Shown: positions 11,170-21,333 of the stretch, one piece after another
Position numbering within the stretch: the first letter of the stretch is position 1
Layout of the letters: every line of letters starts with the position of its first letter
Assembly: GCA_002861535.1 (NCBI GenBank)
Contig: PHFO01000001.1
Location: forward strand, 1,858-65,857
DNA length: 64,000 nucleotides
From: Cyanobacteria bacterium M5B4
GTDB lineage: Bacteria; Cyanobacteriota; Cyanobacteriia; Pseudanabaenales; Pseudanabaenaceae
Direction of reading: 5' to 3'
Made by a program: the position numbers and the translations under genes
The notes under the pieces: model-generated
Database searches by the model: none
The model's input: only the letters and a program-made list of their open reading frames with translations
What the model was told of the DNA's origin: nothing

Positions 11170-11410
11170 TACCATTGGTCTTGATGCCGACCACCATGTA
11201 AGTACGAGCATCCTGGGTAGAAACCCTAGCCCCCACCTTGAGGGGAGCATCCAAGGACACCAGCCCCAGAAACCGCTGATGGGTATCCATCATTAGATAT
11301 TGCATACAATTATCCTTAAATATAGGTGAAAAAAACGACCTTTTCAGGCACTAAACCTATTCTACCCAAAGCCTTAGATTTTGTTCTGACCCACCTAAAA
11401 ACCTTGCCCT

Positions 11411-11791
11411 ATGGACCTAATCGAAATCATCAAACAAGACTATGAGCGCTTCCCCAGCGCCCAGACCTACAGCATCTATGCCGACAACGTCCACTTCCGT
11501 GACCCAGTTTATGACTTCCACGGCATCGATCGGTATCAAAACATGATCAAATTCATCACCACCTGGTTTGCCAACATCAAACTAGAATTGCACCAGATAG
11601 AACCGATCGGGGACATCATTAAAGCCACCTGGACTATGACCTGGCAAGCCCCTCTGCCCTGGAAACCCACCATCACCGTCTCCGGTTGGACCGAATTCAG
11701 ACTAGATGCCCAGCAAAAAATATGCGCCCACTACGACTACTGGCATTGCACCAAGTGGGACGTAATTAAGCAACACTTTAGACTAGCTTAA
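11411..11791 (+). CDS. conserved hypothetical protein, NTF2-like (resembles DUF2358)
   Basis: 126-aa ORF with good coding appearance. Family assignment is from memory of YSIYADNVHFRDPVYDFHGIDRYQ-type sequences only. Confidence 0.4.
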   Translation: MDLIEIIKQDYERFPSAQTYSIYADNVHFRDPVYDFHGIDRYQNMIKFITTWFANIKLELHQIEPIGDIIKATWTMTWQAPLPWKPTITVSGWTEFRLDAQQKICAHYDYWHCTKWDVIKQHFRLA

Positions 11792-11839
11792 TTAGACAAA
11801 ATCCCCTAAAATTAAAAATTCCCAAATATCTCCACAGCC

Positions 11840-12301
11840 ATGTCTAAACGAAACGTCCAAATCATGCTGACCAAAGATGTCAGCAAAGTCGGCAAACTAG
11901 GCGACCTAGTTAAAGTCTCCCCTGGTTATGCCCGCAACTACCTTATGCCCCAGGGCTTCGCCGTCCTAGCCACCCCTGGCGTAATCAAAGAAGTAGAACG
12001 GCGCAAAGCCAAAGAACGCCAACGCCTCCTAGAACTGCGCCAAGCCGCCGAACGCCAGCGGGATGCCCTCACCACGATCGGGGGATACATCATCAAAAAG
12101 AAAACCGGAGAGCACAACGTCATCTTTGGTTCTGTGACCGCCAGCGAAGTAGCCGAACTAATCCAAGCCCGCACCAACCAAGAAATCGACCGCCGTGAAA
12201 TCACCGTTCCCGACATCAAAACGATCGGTACCTACGATGTCACCATCAAACTCCACAGCGAAATCACCGCCACGATCAAACTGCAAGTCGTACCAGAATA
12301 A
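11840..12301 (+). CDS. rplI: 50S ribosomal protein L9
   Basis: MSKRNVQIMLTKDVSKVGKLGDLVKVSPGYARNYLMPQGFA is the canonical L9 N-domain. Confidence 0.95.
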   Translation: MSKRNVQIMLTKDVSKVGKLGDLVKVSPGYARNYLMPQGFAVLATPGVIKEVERRKAKERQRLLELRQAAERQRDALTTIGGYIIKKKTGEHNVIFGSVTASEVAELIQARTNQEIDRREITVPDIKTIGTYDVTIKLHSEITATIKLQVVPE

Positions 12302-12481
12302 TTACCCCTTGACCCCAGCCCCAAATGTGCTATTCTAAGCTCATAACCTAAGAGTAAAAACCATTAGGAGTAAGGAGGTGATGCCCATGCAGGATAGCAG
12401 TAAATGCCATAAACCTATGGGGCATCAGGTCAATTTAGTAGGTTCCCTTAACTAACTGAATACCTGAATGCTCTTAAAAAC

Positions 12482-12503
12482 GCTCCCGATCGGGGGCTTT
12501 TTT
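12482..12503 (+). terminator. Rho-independent terminator
   Basis: 6-bp stem GCTCCC/GGGGGC (one G-U pair), loop GATC, followed by T6 (12498-12503). Confidence 0.6.
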
Positions 12504-12576
12504 AATAGCTTTAATAAAATCTAAATTATTGCCCTACAATAAATAAATAGATGATTCAGGTTTATTAAACCCAAGC

Positions 12577-13248
12577 ATGACAAATATTAACTACGAATGT
12601 CCCACCTACAAAGATTCCTACAGTCGCATCAACGCCATAGTAATTGAAGGCGAACAAGAAGCCCACGACAACTACATTTCCCTAATGCAGCTTCTCCCCG
12701 ACCAGTCTAGCGACCTCAGCAAACTAGCGAAAATGGAAGAGAAGCACAAAAAGGGCTTTACTGCCTGTGGCAACAATCTCAAAGTCATTCCTGACATGGC
12801 ATTTGCGCGGGAATTTTTTCACGGACTCCATCAAAACTTCCAAGATGCACTCCAGGAAGGTAAACTGGTCACCTGCCTACTCATTCAGTCCATCATCATC
12901 GAGTGCTTCGCTATTGCTGCCTACAACATCTATATCCCCGTTGCTGACCCCTTTGCCCGCAAAATTACCGAAAACGTGGTCAAAGATGAATACCTCCACC
13001 TCAACTTTGGCGCAATCTGGCTCAAGGAAAACTTCAGTCAAGCCAAGGCGGAACTGGAGGAAGCAAATCGGCAAAATCTCCCCCTAGTTTGGCAAATGTT
13101 GAACCAAGTCGCTGGCGATGCCAAAATCTTGGGTATGGAAAAGGAAGACCTAATGGCAGATTTCTTGACCCAGTACAGTGAAACCCTGGCAGAAATTGGC
13201 TTCTCCGGGCGAGAAATTATGAAAATGGCAGCAACTGGTATAGCGTAG
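12577..13248 (+). CDS. ado: aldehyde-deformylating oxygenase (alkane biosynthesis)
   Basis: [23 protein letters not shown]...[39 protein letters not shown] is near-identical to known ADO di-iron motifs. Confidence 0.95.
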   Translation: MTNINYECPTYKDSYSRINAIVIEGEQEAHDNYISLMQLLPDQSSDLSKLAKMEEKHKKGFTACGNNLKVIPDMAFAREFFHGLHQNFQDALQEGKLVTCLLIQSIIIECFAIAAYNIYIPVADPFARKITENVVKDEYLHLNFGAIWLKENFSQAKAELEEANRQNLPLVWQMLNQVAGDAKILGMEKEDLMADFLTQYSETLAEIGFSGREIMKMAATGIA

Positions 13249-13249
13249 G

Positions 13250-14269
13250 ATGTTCGGCTTAATTGGTCATTTAACTAGTCTATCCCATGCTAGGGAAGTA
13301 GCAAAGGAACTGGGATATGACGAGTATGCGGAGCAGGATTTAGATTTTTGGTGTGTGGCTCCCCCTCAAATTGTTGAAGACATTTCCGTCAAAAGTATCA
13401 CCGGAAAAACGATCGTGGGCAAGTATGTAGAATCTTGCTTTTTGCCAGAGATGCTGTTAACCAAGAAGTTTAAGGCTGCCACCCGCAAAATCCTCAACGC
13501 CATGGCACACGCACAAAAGAATGGCATTAACATTACGGCGTTAGGGGGATTTTCTTCGATTATTTTCGAGAATTTTAACTTGATGGAAATGCGTCAAGTC
13601 CGCAACATTCAGCTAGAAATTGAGCGCTTTACCACGGGCAATACCCATACCGCCTACATCATTTGCCGCCAGGTAGAAGCAGCAGCCCAAAAATATGGCA
13701 TTCCCCTATCCCAAGCCACTGTGACAGTCTGTGGGGCAACGGGGGATATAGGTAGTGCCGTTTGCCGCTGGCTCCATGCCCGCACTGGGGTATTAGACAT
13801 AATTTTAGTGGCGCGCAACCAGGAGCGGCTCCGGTCATTGCGAACCAGTCTGGGTAGGGGGCGCATCATGACGATCGAGGAAGCCCTGCCCCAGTCGGAC
13901 ATTGTCGTGTGGGTCGCAAGTATGGCAAAGGGCATGGAAATCAGACCAGAAATGCTCAAGCAACCCTGCATTCTAATTGATGGAGGTTATCCCAAAAATC
14001 TAGCCAACACGGTGCAAATACCCGATGTCCATGTGATCAACGGCGGCATGGTAGAACACGCCCTGGATATTGACTGGAAAATTATGAAGTGGGTGAGTCG
14101 CTGCGCCCCTTCCCGTCAGTTATTTGCCTGCTTTGCCGAGTCCATGCTCCTAGAGTTTGAAGGATGGTACACCAACTTTTCCTGGGGGCGGAACCAAATC
14201 ACGATCGAGAAAATGGAACAGATCGGAGCGGTTTCAGTGAAACATGGCTTCAAGCCCCTAGTCAGTTAA
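13250..14269 (+). CDS. aar: acyl-ACP reductase (alkane biosynthesis)
   Basis: [12 protein letters not shown]-terminus, [10 protein letters not shown] nucleotide-binding motif, and position immediately downstream of ado. Confidence 0.95.
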   Translation: MFGLIGHLTSLSHAREVAKELGYDEYAEQDLDFWCVAPPQIVEDISVKSITGKTIVGKYVESCFLPEMLLTKKFKAATRKILNAMAHAQKNGINITALGGFSSIIFENFNLMEMRQVRNIQLEIERFTTGNTHTAYIICRQVEAAAQKYGIPLSQATVTVCGATGDIGSAVCRWLHARTGVLDIILVARNQERLRSLRTSLGRGRIMTIEEALPQSDIVVWVASMAKGMEIRPEMLKQPCILIDGGYPKNLANTVQIPDVHVINGGMVEHALDIDWKIMKWVSRCAPSRQLFACFAESMLLEFEGWYTNFSWGRNQITIEKMEQIGAVSVKHGFKPLVS

Positions 14270-14724
14270 AAGACCGATCGTTGTCCTTCGGGGCTGATTC
14301 CCACAATCCGCAACTCACAATCTAGGACCTGAAAACCATATTTATCGGCTACTTTTTGACTGATAGTCAAAATCTGGTCATTCTTAAATTCAATCACCTT
14401 ATTAGTTCTGACACAGATGAGGTGGTGGTGATGGTAAGGACGGGGCTGATTTAGTTCATAGTGCTTATGATCCTCTGCTAATTCCAGTTCGCGGAGGATA
14501 CCCATCCGCGCCATCATTTTTACGGTGCGATAAATAGTAGAGAGGCTGATATTTTCATTCTCTTGCTGTAGTCTGTGGTGCAGGTCTTCGGCACTGAGAT
14601 GTTCTCCTTCAGGCAAATTCTGAAAAGTACGCAAAATTTTCTCCCTTTGGGGAGTCATGCGCCAGCCCTTAGAATTTAGTTCAGCTTTAAGGGCTTCGGC
14701 AGTATAGACTGACTCAGTCGTCAT
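14266..14724 (-). CDS. Fur family transcriptional regulator
   Basis: [11 protein letters not shown]...[19 protein letters not shown] winged helix and an HHHHLIC metal-site motif. Confidence 0.85.
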   Translation of the reverse strand: MTTESVYTAEALKAELNSKGWRMTPQREKILRTFQNLPEGEHLSAEDLHHRLQQENENISLSTIYRTVKMMARMGILRELELAEDHKHYELNQPRPYHHHHLICVRTNKVIEFKNDQILTISQKVADKYGFQVLDCELRIVGISPEGQRSVF

Positions 14725-14774
14725 GGTGTTATCAATAAGCTATCCTTCTTGATATTAACCTATATCTTGTCCAC

Positions 14775-15737
14775 TCACAAAATTGCTAATTTTTGTATAT
14801 TAGTACTGTCAACTCTACATATGCGCCACTCGTGCAGAATTTCTGCGCCCAGTTTTTGATAGTAGTTCACTACTTTGGGCTGGCTACTATCAATGTAAAA
14901 ATCGAGCCTGACCCCTCCGATCGCTAAGGTGCGCTGGGCTAAACTGATCAGGAAAGATTTACCCAAGCCATAGCCGCGATATTCCGGCAGAACAAATAAT
15001 TCCTCTAAAAAGATACCAGGAGCGGTGGCAAAGGAGGAGTAGGTGCGCGAATAGAGCGCCATCCCGATCGGTCTGCCGGCGTGCTCTGCCACTAACACGC
15101 GGACATAGGGAATAAAACCAAACAGATGTTCTTCCAGCTTATCGATCGAACCCTTGACATTGCCCTTAATTTCCAACAGTTCCCACAGGGCGGACAGGTC
15201 AGCCGGCTCGCCGTCCCTGAGCAAAACAGGGGGGAGGGTCTGAGTACCCAAATACCTGAGGGCATCCCCAGAAATTCGGGCTACGCGGTCATGCTCCAGA
15301 ATCTGGACTTGGAACTTTTGGTAAAACGATAGGGCAGGAGTATTCCATTGCAGTACCATCCATTCCATACGAGTACAACTCCGCCCCAGGGCTAACTGAG
15401 CTAAATAGGAAAGCATGGCAGTACCAATGCCTTTACGGCGGTAGTAGGACTCGACAAAGAAGTCCTCGACAAAAAATATAGGACGAGTCTGCATCGGGTC
15501 ATAGCGGCAATAGAATAAACTAATCCCGGCAGGATAGGAATCCTGTTCTCCAATCACTCCCTCAACAAAGGCATCTTCTTGGAATAGATGCTGGGCAAGG
15601 GCTTCTGGACTACCAGTAAAGGAAGGCAATAATTTTTCGTACTCCGCTAGAGCCATAACTTGGCGGAATACAGCGTCTACATCCACTTGCAGGATACGGC
15701 GCGTAGTAATGGGCGATTCTTCTTTATTCATGATCAA
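14775..15737 (-). CDS. tandem GNAT N-acetyltransferase
   Basis: Two acetyl-CoA motifs (YYRRKGIGTAM and EYRGYGLGKSF) in a 320-aa protein. Confidence 0.8.
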   Translation of the reverse strand: MIMNKEESPITTRRILQVDVDAVFRQVMALAEYEKLLPSFTGSPEALAQHLFQEDAFVEGVIGEQDSYPAGISLFYCRYDPMQTRPIFFVEDFFVESYYRRKGIGTAMLSYLAQLALGRSCTRMEWMVLQWNTPALSFYQKFQVQILEHDRVARISGDALRYLGTQTLPPVLLRDGEPADLSALWELLEIKGNVKGSIDKLEEHLFGFIPYVRVLVAEHAGRPIGMALYSRTYSSFATAPGIFLEELFVLPEYRGYGLGKSFLISLAQRTLAIGGVRLDFYIDSSQPKVVNYYQKLGAEILHEWRICRVDSTNIQKLAIL

Positions 15738-16162
15738 CGGCGGACATGACCGGTGAAGCCAGATGCCTTAAATTGCTTTAGTTCTAGGGGTTCGGGTTGC
15801 TCTGCCGGTACACTCACCATGATTTCAAAGGTACTGACCCCCACAGGGATTTCTGCGATCGATCCTAACCTGCCCCGTTCTGGGATAGCATCATTGCCAT
15901 TGGCATCGTAAATGCGCCCGAAGACATCAGCGTTGTAAACTACTTTCCCCGAATTGTTTGTAGCAGTGCCACTGATTAGGTAGCAATTCGCCGCCATGGT
16001 GCCACCGAATAGTACCATATTTTGGGACATGCCATCGGGGCAACTCCGATAGGAAAGATTGGATAGCTTAATCTGGACGGTTGCCCACGCCGGGTTGACC
16101 CAACCCATTACCCATAAGATGACCAGCACTCCTGAGAACAATTTTTGTAGCACGGCTCTCAC
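15734..16162 (-). CDS. hypothetical exported protein
   Basis: 142-aa ORF with a signal-peptide-like N-terminus (VLVILWVMGWVNPAWA). Its stop overlaps the GNAT start (ATGA). Confidence 0.5.
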   Translation of the reverse strand: MRAVLQKLFSGVLVILWVMGWVNPAWATVQIKLSNLSYRSCPDGMSQNMVLFGGTMAANCYLISGTATNNSGKVVYNADVFGRIYDANGNDAIPERGRLGSIAEIPVGVSTFEIMVSVPAEQPEPLELKQFKASGFTGHVRR

Positions 16163-16234
16163 AGTTAAACACCCTATATATTGTAGGATATGTAGTCAAT
16201 GATAAGATGAATTTAATAAATTAAGGAGATTTTT

Positions 16235-16363
16235 ATGTTGTTTTTAGCCGCTCTGCCTGAAGCCTATCGTGTTTTTGAACCCCTGGTGAATGTTCTGCCC
16301 GTCATCCCTGTGTTTTTCCTGTTGCTTGCCTTTGTGTGGCAGGCTGCTGTGGGCTTCAAGTAA
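16235..16363 (+). CDS. psbK: photosystem II reaction centre protein K
   Basis: Not in the ORF track because it is under 60 aa. AAGGAG lies at 16223-16228. The product [42 protein letters not shown] matches the PsbK consensus [29 protein letters not shown]. Confidence 0.9.
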   Translation: MLFLAALPEAYRVFEPLVNVLPVIPVFFLLLAFVWQAAVGFK

Positions 16364-17138
16364 TGTCATTGTTGTTTGCTAATTCTTGAAATAGCTCCCG
16401 CCGCGAAAACCTCAGAGGGCTGCTCAGGGCGGGGGAGGTCAAAATTAAGCCTGGTAAGCGGGGAAAGTGAATCAAACTCAGATAGGCGGCTAGATGGGGT
16501 TGTTCAGCGATCTTCCAGGAGGTGTCGCTTTTATTGCTATAGAAACCGATCGAGCCGTCCTTGTTTTGCCTGACGTTTAGTCCGGCGGTGTCAAGGTCGA
16601 GACCGTAACTCTGACAAACTTCCTGGAGCAGTTGGGCTAGTTTTGCTTCTATATCATTCCTATTTTGTAGGTAAATCTCGATTTGATCGACAATGTTGCC
16701 TACACTGAGGGGTTTGGGAGGATTGAGAATAGCCTCTACTTTGGGCAGGGCTTGACGAAAGTCCAGATCAAAGCGGGCTAGGGGGAGGGGAGTCTTGGCG
16801 CGGGCGGGAGAGGAGTTGAGCCTCATGAGGGAGTCAATAACGCCTTGATGGACTTCCTTAGCCAGTTCGGGGGATTCTTGCTGATTTTTTTCCCGAAACT
16901 TGAGGATATGGGAGACGTACTGGGGGGGCAAGCGGTTGAGGACATAGCAGACAATGTCGTCTAGTTTAATTCCTGGGGTCAAGGATTTGCCCATTTGTTT
17001 AATGCGTCTGTGGGTTTCGGTAATGACAGAGCTTTCTAGGACATTGACGAAGGAATAGGGGGCAGTGATGAAGTAGGAATAAAATTCGATGTCTTCTTCG
17101 TAGCGGGGGGTAGCAACTTTGGGTTCCTGGAGGGTCAT
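16356..17138 (-). CDS. ComFB-like domain protein with long C-terminal extension
   Basis: The N-terminal region ...[14 protein letters not shown]... resembles the ComFB LNxLPPxY signature. Its start overlaps the upstream ComFB-like gene (ATGA). Confidence 0.45.
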   Translation of the reverse strand: MTLQEPKVATPRYEEDIEFYSYFITAPYSFVNVLESSVITETHRRIKQMGKSLTPGIKLDDIVCYVLNRLPPQYVSHILKFREKNQQESPELAKEVHQGVIDSLMRLNSSPARAKTPLPLARFDLDFRQALPKVEAILNPPKPLSVGNIVDQIEIYLQNRNDIEAKLAQLLQEVCQSYGLDLDTAGLNVRQNKDGSIGFYSNKSDTSWKIAEQPHLAAYLSLIHFPRLPGLILTSPALSSPLRFSRRELFQELANNNDIT

Positions 17139-17548
17139 CGGGTCGAAGGTATTACGGGTGCGGCTGGTGCTGATTTTTTTTCTAAGATTTCTGGCAGTTC
17201 TTTCCAGGTCAGGTCTGGCTTGTCTAGGAGTTGACGCAATCGCAACAGACTGTGCTCCGATCGGCGAATTTCATGGGGGGTAAGGGGGATGGGAAATTTA
17301 GGTCTGTTGTTTTTTAACTGGGCTTTGGCGAGTTCGACAGCGGTGGCGATTTGTTCTAGCATAGTAGTCTGAATACGGGTGCGCTGTTGAATCCAGCCTC
17401 GTTCGGTGCAGGCGTAGAGGGGGGGCAATAGATTTAGGGTGGTGACGACTAGTTCATTGGTGAGTAATTTGTCCCCTTTAATTAGGGGGTCTTCCTGCTG
17501 TTGTACTTGTTCGATTACAAATTCTTCGATCGTATTTCGGACTAGCAT
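17135..17548 (-). CDS. ComFB family protein (late competence development protein-like)
   Basis: NTIEEFVIEQV...VVTTLNLLPPLYA is the ComFB-type signature. Size is 137 aa. Confidence 0.5.
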   Translation of the reverse strand: MLVRNTIEEFVIEQVQQQEDPLIKGDKLLTNELVVTTLNLLPPLYACTERGWIQQRTRIQTTMLEQIATAVELAKAQLKNNRPKFPIPLTPHEIRRSEHSLLRLRQLLDKPDLTWKELPEILEKKSAPAAPVIPSTR

Positions 17549-17583
17549 TTAGGTCGACCAGGACATGGGCTTATTATACGTCT

Positions 17584-18123
17584 TCAGGGGGAGGAAGTTC
17601 GATCGAGGGGCTGACCAATCTGGTTTAATTCTAGGGCATAGCCCGCCACGACTAAAACCACCCGATGGGAAAGTTTACTAATTTGTCTCACTAAGCTGCC
17701 CATCCGGTCGCGAAATAGTCTCCCTAAAGGATAGGGGGGCACCAGACCCCATCCTACTTCCTCTGCCACGATCGTGATTTCGGCGGTGGAGTTGAGCAGG
17801 ACATGTAACAGTTCGTTTTGGTAGTTATCCCACTGGGGGTGTTCCAAGAAGTTGCTCACCCAGGTTCCCAGGGCATCGATGAGAACGAAGGAAGCAGGGG
17901 GCAGCGATCGGAGGGTCTGGGGCAATTCTAGGGGTACTTCTAGGACTTGCCAGTGGGAGGGGCGACGTTGGCGGTGGCGGGCGATACGACTCTGCCATTC
18001 TGGATCGTCGGGATAGGTCTGGGCAGTGGCAATATAGATTACTGGCAGGGGAGAGGCATGGGCTAAATTTTCTGCCCATTCACTTTTCCCTGACCTGGCT
18101 GGCCCAGTGACCAGGGTGATCAT
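17584..18123 (-). CDS. cobU: adenosylcobinamide kinase / adenosylcobinamide-phosphate guanylyltransferase
   Basis: [19 protein letters not shown]-loop N-terminus, about 180 aa, ...[11 protein letters not shown] motif. Confidence 0.8.
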   Translation of the reverse strand: MITLVTGPARSGKSEWAENLAHASPLPVIYIATAQTYPDDPEWQSRIARHRQRRPSHWQVLEVPLELPQTLRSLPPASFVLIDALGTWVSNFLEHPQWDNYQNELLHVLLNSTAEITIVAEEVGWGLVPPYPLGRLFRDRMGSLVRQISKLSHRVVLVVAGYALELNQIGQPLDRTSSP

Positions 18124-19163
18124 GCTGTTTCCGCGAAGACGGCTTGGTAGACCTTTTGCACTTTATCGCCGGAGTCGATCGACTCTAGGGGGTCTTTGCG
18201 GAGGCGGTGGCGCAGGCAGAGGGTAATTACTTTGCCAATATCAGCGGCGGTGACGGTGGTTCTGCCTTCGTAGGCACAGAGGGCTTTAGCAGCGCGGTTG
18301 CAGACAATGTCCCCCCGCAGTCCATCTACGTCTAGCTGGGCACAGACTTGGGAAATCTGCAATTTGAGGTCGTGGGGGATAGTTACCTGGGGTAGGCGTT
18401 GCTGAGCTTCTACTATTTTGGTTTCTAGCTCCTTTTGAGCTTGGGCATAGGCACTGAGAAATTCCTGGGGGTTTTGGTCAAACTGGGTGCGTTGCTCTAC
18501 AATTTTTACCCTCAGTTCCGCCTCCCGCACCGTCCTAATTTCGGCGTGCATGCCGAACCGATCGAGGAGTTGGGGTCTGAGTTCTCCTTCTTCGGGGTTG
18601 CCGGAACCGACGAGGACAAATCTAGCGGGATGGCGGATCGAGATTCCTTCCCGTTCTACCGTATTCCACCCAGAGGCGGCAGCATCAAGGAGGACATCTA
18701 CCAGGTGGTCATCGAGTAAATTTACCTCATCGATGTAGAGGATACCGCGGTTTGCCTTGGCGAGGAGACCTGGTTCAAAGGCTTTCACCCCTTCGGCTAG
18801 GGCGCGTTCAATATCGATCGTGCCGCAGACGCGGTCTTCTGTTGCCCCCAGGGGTAAGTCCACCATAGCTACTTGCTTACGGGTGATGGGGAGTTCTTCG
18901 CCGCGGGCGAGGCGGGCGCGCACCAAATCGCTTTGCAATTCACTGTCTTGGGGGTGGCTGTTAAAGGGGTCGTCAGCCACTACTTCAATTTCGGGGAGTA
19001 GGTCAGTGAGGGCACGGATGGTAGTGGATTTACCGGTACCCCGATCGCCCATGATCATCACCCCGCCAATTTTGGGGTCAATCACGTTAAGAATGAGGGC
19101 TAATTTCATCTCCTCCTGTCCAATGATGGCACTGAAGGGAAACACGGGGCGCTTACGGGTCAA
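18120..19163 (-). CDS. chlI: magnesium chelatase ATPase subunit I
   Basis: [45 protein letters not shown] and [15 protein letters not shown]. Confidence 0.95.
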   Translation of the reverse strand: MTRKRPVFPFSAIIGQEEMKLALILNVIDPKIGGVMIMGDRGTGKSTTIRALTDLLPEIEVVADDPFNSHPQDSELQSDLVRARLARGEELPITRKQVAMVDLPLGATEDRVCGTIDIERALAEGVKAFEPGLLAKANRGILYIDEVNLLDDHLVDVLLDAAASGWNTVEREGISIRHPARFVLVGSGNPEEGELRPQLLDRFGMHAEIRTVREAELRVKIVEQRTQFDQNPQEFLSAYAQAQKELETKIVEAQQRLPQVTIPHDLKLQISQVCAQLDVDGLRGDIVCNRAAKALCAYEGRTTVTAADIGKVITLCLRHRLRKDPLESIDSGDKVQKVYQAVFAETA

Positions 19164-19442
19164 GGTGTTTATTCTCTAATCTACTCTGTCTAGTATAGCC
19201 CTTGGCAAAGTCTACTACAATTCCCAGAACCCTGTGGGGGTACTCTAGCCCTGAATTCTCCCTGTTTAGTTATCTTTTTTTGCTAAAAAGGCTTTGCTTT
19301 CTACTGTCTTATAGTAGAAAAATGACTGTTCTACCTAACTTGGTTTTATGAATTAGAGAAAAGATAACAGAAAGAATAATCTTGGCAATCAAACCAGATG
19401 TCATAGAGTCTGATATAATGCAAAAAATGTTTTGATTGCCCT

Positions 19443-20690
19443 ATGGTATTAACCTCCGATCGTTGCTTAGCCGACAGTGTCCGCTCTGACTTTCCGATTT
19501 TACATCAATCTATCAACGGTCATCCTCTTATCTATTTCGACAATGCGGCGAGTTCCCAAAAGCCTCAATGTGTCATTCAAAGTTGGTTAAGTTATTACCA
19601 GCAAGATAACGCTAATGTCCATCGCGGTGCCCATACCCTCAGCAATCGGGCTACTGATGCTTTTGAAGAAGCCAGAATTAAGGTAGCAAAATTTATCAAC
19701 GCCCGATCGGCAAAAGAGATTATTTACACTCGCAATGCTAGTGAAGCCATTAACTTAGTAGCTAGGTCTTGGGGAGAGAGTAACCTTAAGGCAGGGGATG
19801 AGATTATTTTAACCATCATGGAGCACCACAGCAACATTGTGCCCTGGCAATTACTAGCACAAAAGTTAGGGGTAATCCTCAAGTTTGTTCCTCCTACTCT
19901 AGCAGGGGAATTTGATTTACTAGAGTTCAAGAATTTGCTTTCCGATCGGACTAAATTAGTATCTGTTGTCCATGTTTCTAATACTTTAGGTTGTGTTAGT
20001 CCTGTTGCAGAAATTACAAAACTATCCCATGAAATTGGCGCTAAAGTATTGATTGATGCCTGTCAGAGTGTCCCCCATATGCCCATAGATGTACAAACGA
20101 TCGGTTGTGATTGGTTGGTAGCTTCTGGGCATAAAATGTGTGCTCCTACAGGAATTGGCTTTCTCTATGGCAGGGAAGAAATCCTGGATGCTATGCCTCC
20201 TTTTTTGGGAGGGGGAGAAATGATTGCGGAAGTTTATCTCGATCGGTCTACCTATGCCGAGTTACCCCACAAGTTTGAAGCAGGAACCCCAGCGATCGGG
20301 GAGGCTATTGCCCTTGGCAGTGCTGTGGACTATCTCACTAAAATTGGCATGGTACAAATCCATGACTACGAACAGGAACTAATTGCTTACTTGATGGCAC
20401 AAATGCAGGCAATACCGGAACTAAGTCTTTATGGACCAATGCACGATCGGGCTGGTTTAATTGCTTTTAATGCCCCCCCAGGCATTCATGCCAATGACCT
20501 GGCGGCTCTGTTAGATCAAGAGGGCATTGCCATCCGATCGGGACACCATTGTACGCAACCATTACATCGCTATTTAGGCATCAATGGCAGTGCCAGGGCT
20601 AGTTTATATTTTTACAATACCAAAGCGGAAATCGATCGGTTTATTGTTGCGCTTAAAGAGTCTCTTGTATTTTTTGGGGGCTTGGTTTAG
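19443..20690 (+). CDS. sufS: cysteine desulfurase (SufS/Csd class)
   Basis: [12 protein letters not shown]-lysine region [12 protein letters not shown] and active-site RSGHHCTQP. Confidence 0.85.
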   Translation: MVLTSDRCLADSVRSDFPILHQSINGHPLIYFDNAASSQKPQCVIQSWLSYYQQDNANVHRGAHTLSNRATDAFEEARIKVAKFINARSAKEIIYTRNASEAINLVARSWGESNLKAGDEIILTIMEHHSNIVPWQLLAQKLGVILKFVPPTLAGEFDLLEFKNLLSDRTKLVSVVHVSNTLGCVSPVAEITKLSHEIGAKVLIDACQSVPHMPIDVQTIGCDWLVASGHKMCAPTGIGFLYGREEILDAMPPFLGGGEMIAEVYLDRSTYAELPHKFEAGTPAIGEAIALGSAVDYLTKIGMVQIHDYEQELIAYLMAQMQAIPELSLYGPMHDRAGLIAFNAPPGIHANDLAALLDQEGIAIRSGHHCTQPLHRYLGINGSARASLYFYNTKAEIDRFIVALKESLVFFGGLV

Positions 20691-21000
20691 AGCTGCACTG
20701 AGGCATAGCCTTAAGGGTCGTGATTTGGGCTGTAGCTTCCTTTGCTATCTTTTCCATATCAGCTATCTCTGTCTTTGTTTGTTTAATTTGTTGCTGAAAC
20801 TGTTCCCACTGCTTGCGAGAGATCGCTCCTTCTTGTGCCAGTAGTTCCGTCATCTTTTGTTTACTCTCTAGTTTTGTCAGTTCGGCGCGGGCAGTTTTTA
20901 GGGCATTCTGTGCTTGAAAGAGAGTTTCTTCTGTCTGACGAATGAAAGGAATACAAGAGGGATGAACAACCACTAAGAAAGAGACATAATAACTTATCAT
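20653..21000 (-). CDS. hypothetical coiled-coil protein (possibly the 3' part of one gene with 20997..21110)
   Basis: 115-aa ORF, heptad-rich ([20 protein letters not shown]...). Its start overlaps the upstream stop by ATGA, next to the T6 run at 21011-21016. Confidence 0.35.
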   Translation of the reverse strand: MISYYVSFLVVVHPSCIPFIRQTEETLFQAQNALKTARAELTKLESKQKMTELLAQEGAISRKQWEQFQQQIKQTKTEIADMEKIAKEATAQITTLKAMPQCSSKPSPQKIQETL

Positions 21001-21110
21001 GCTTGGGTCATTTTTTCTCCTACAAAGCTGTTAGAACTAGGTTGGCTTGCAACAGCCATACTCAGGGTGAGAGTGAGTAAAATTGCTGTAAGCAGAGTTT
21101 CTAGTTTCAT
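20997..21110 (-). CDS. short ORF encoding a signal-peptide-like sequence
   Basis: MKLETLLTAILLTLTLSMAVASQ... from the internal Met of track ORF 20997..21269. Confidence 0.3.
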   Translation of the reverse strand: MKLETLLTAILLTLTLSMAVASQPSSNSFVGEKMTQA

Positions 21111-21333
21111 AACGTTACCATAACATCTGTGGTTAAGATAAAACAAGCAGAGTAGAATGGCACTGAGTAAAGGTGAGAAGATGACTGCGCTAATCTGCTT
21201 AATTGTGACAGTTTTTGGCAAAGTCGAGGTATTAAATAGGATCAAATAAGATAATCTGGCTCTTGCCAACGATCTGCGGTAAGGATAATGGATTAGATTA
21301 TGATCATAAAAGTGAAAAGTGAAGGATGATTAA

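Noticed and set aside
11138-11305. A 55-aa minus-strand ORF (MQYLMMDTHQRFLGLVSLDAPLKVGARV...) in the gap after the ATPase gene.
   Set aside because: There is no ribosome-binding site, it overlaps the ATPase 3' end by 32 nt, and I recognise no family. Evidence is insufficient.
17135-17138. The two ComFB-like ORFs as another frameshift-split single gene.
   Set aside because: Each ORF has its own ComFB-like N-terminal segment and a proper ATG. The ATGA overlap is a normal operon junction, and no homopolymer run sits at the boundary.
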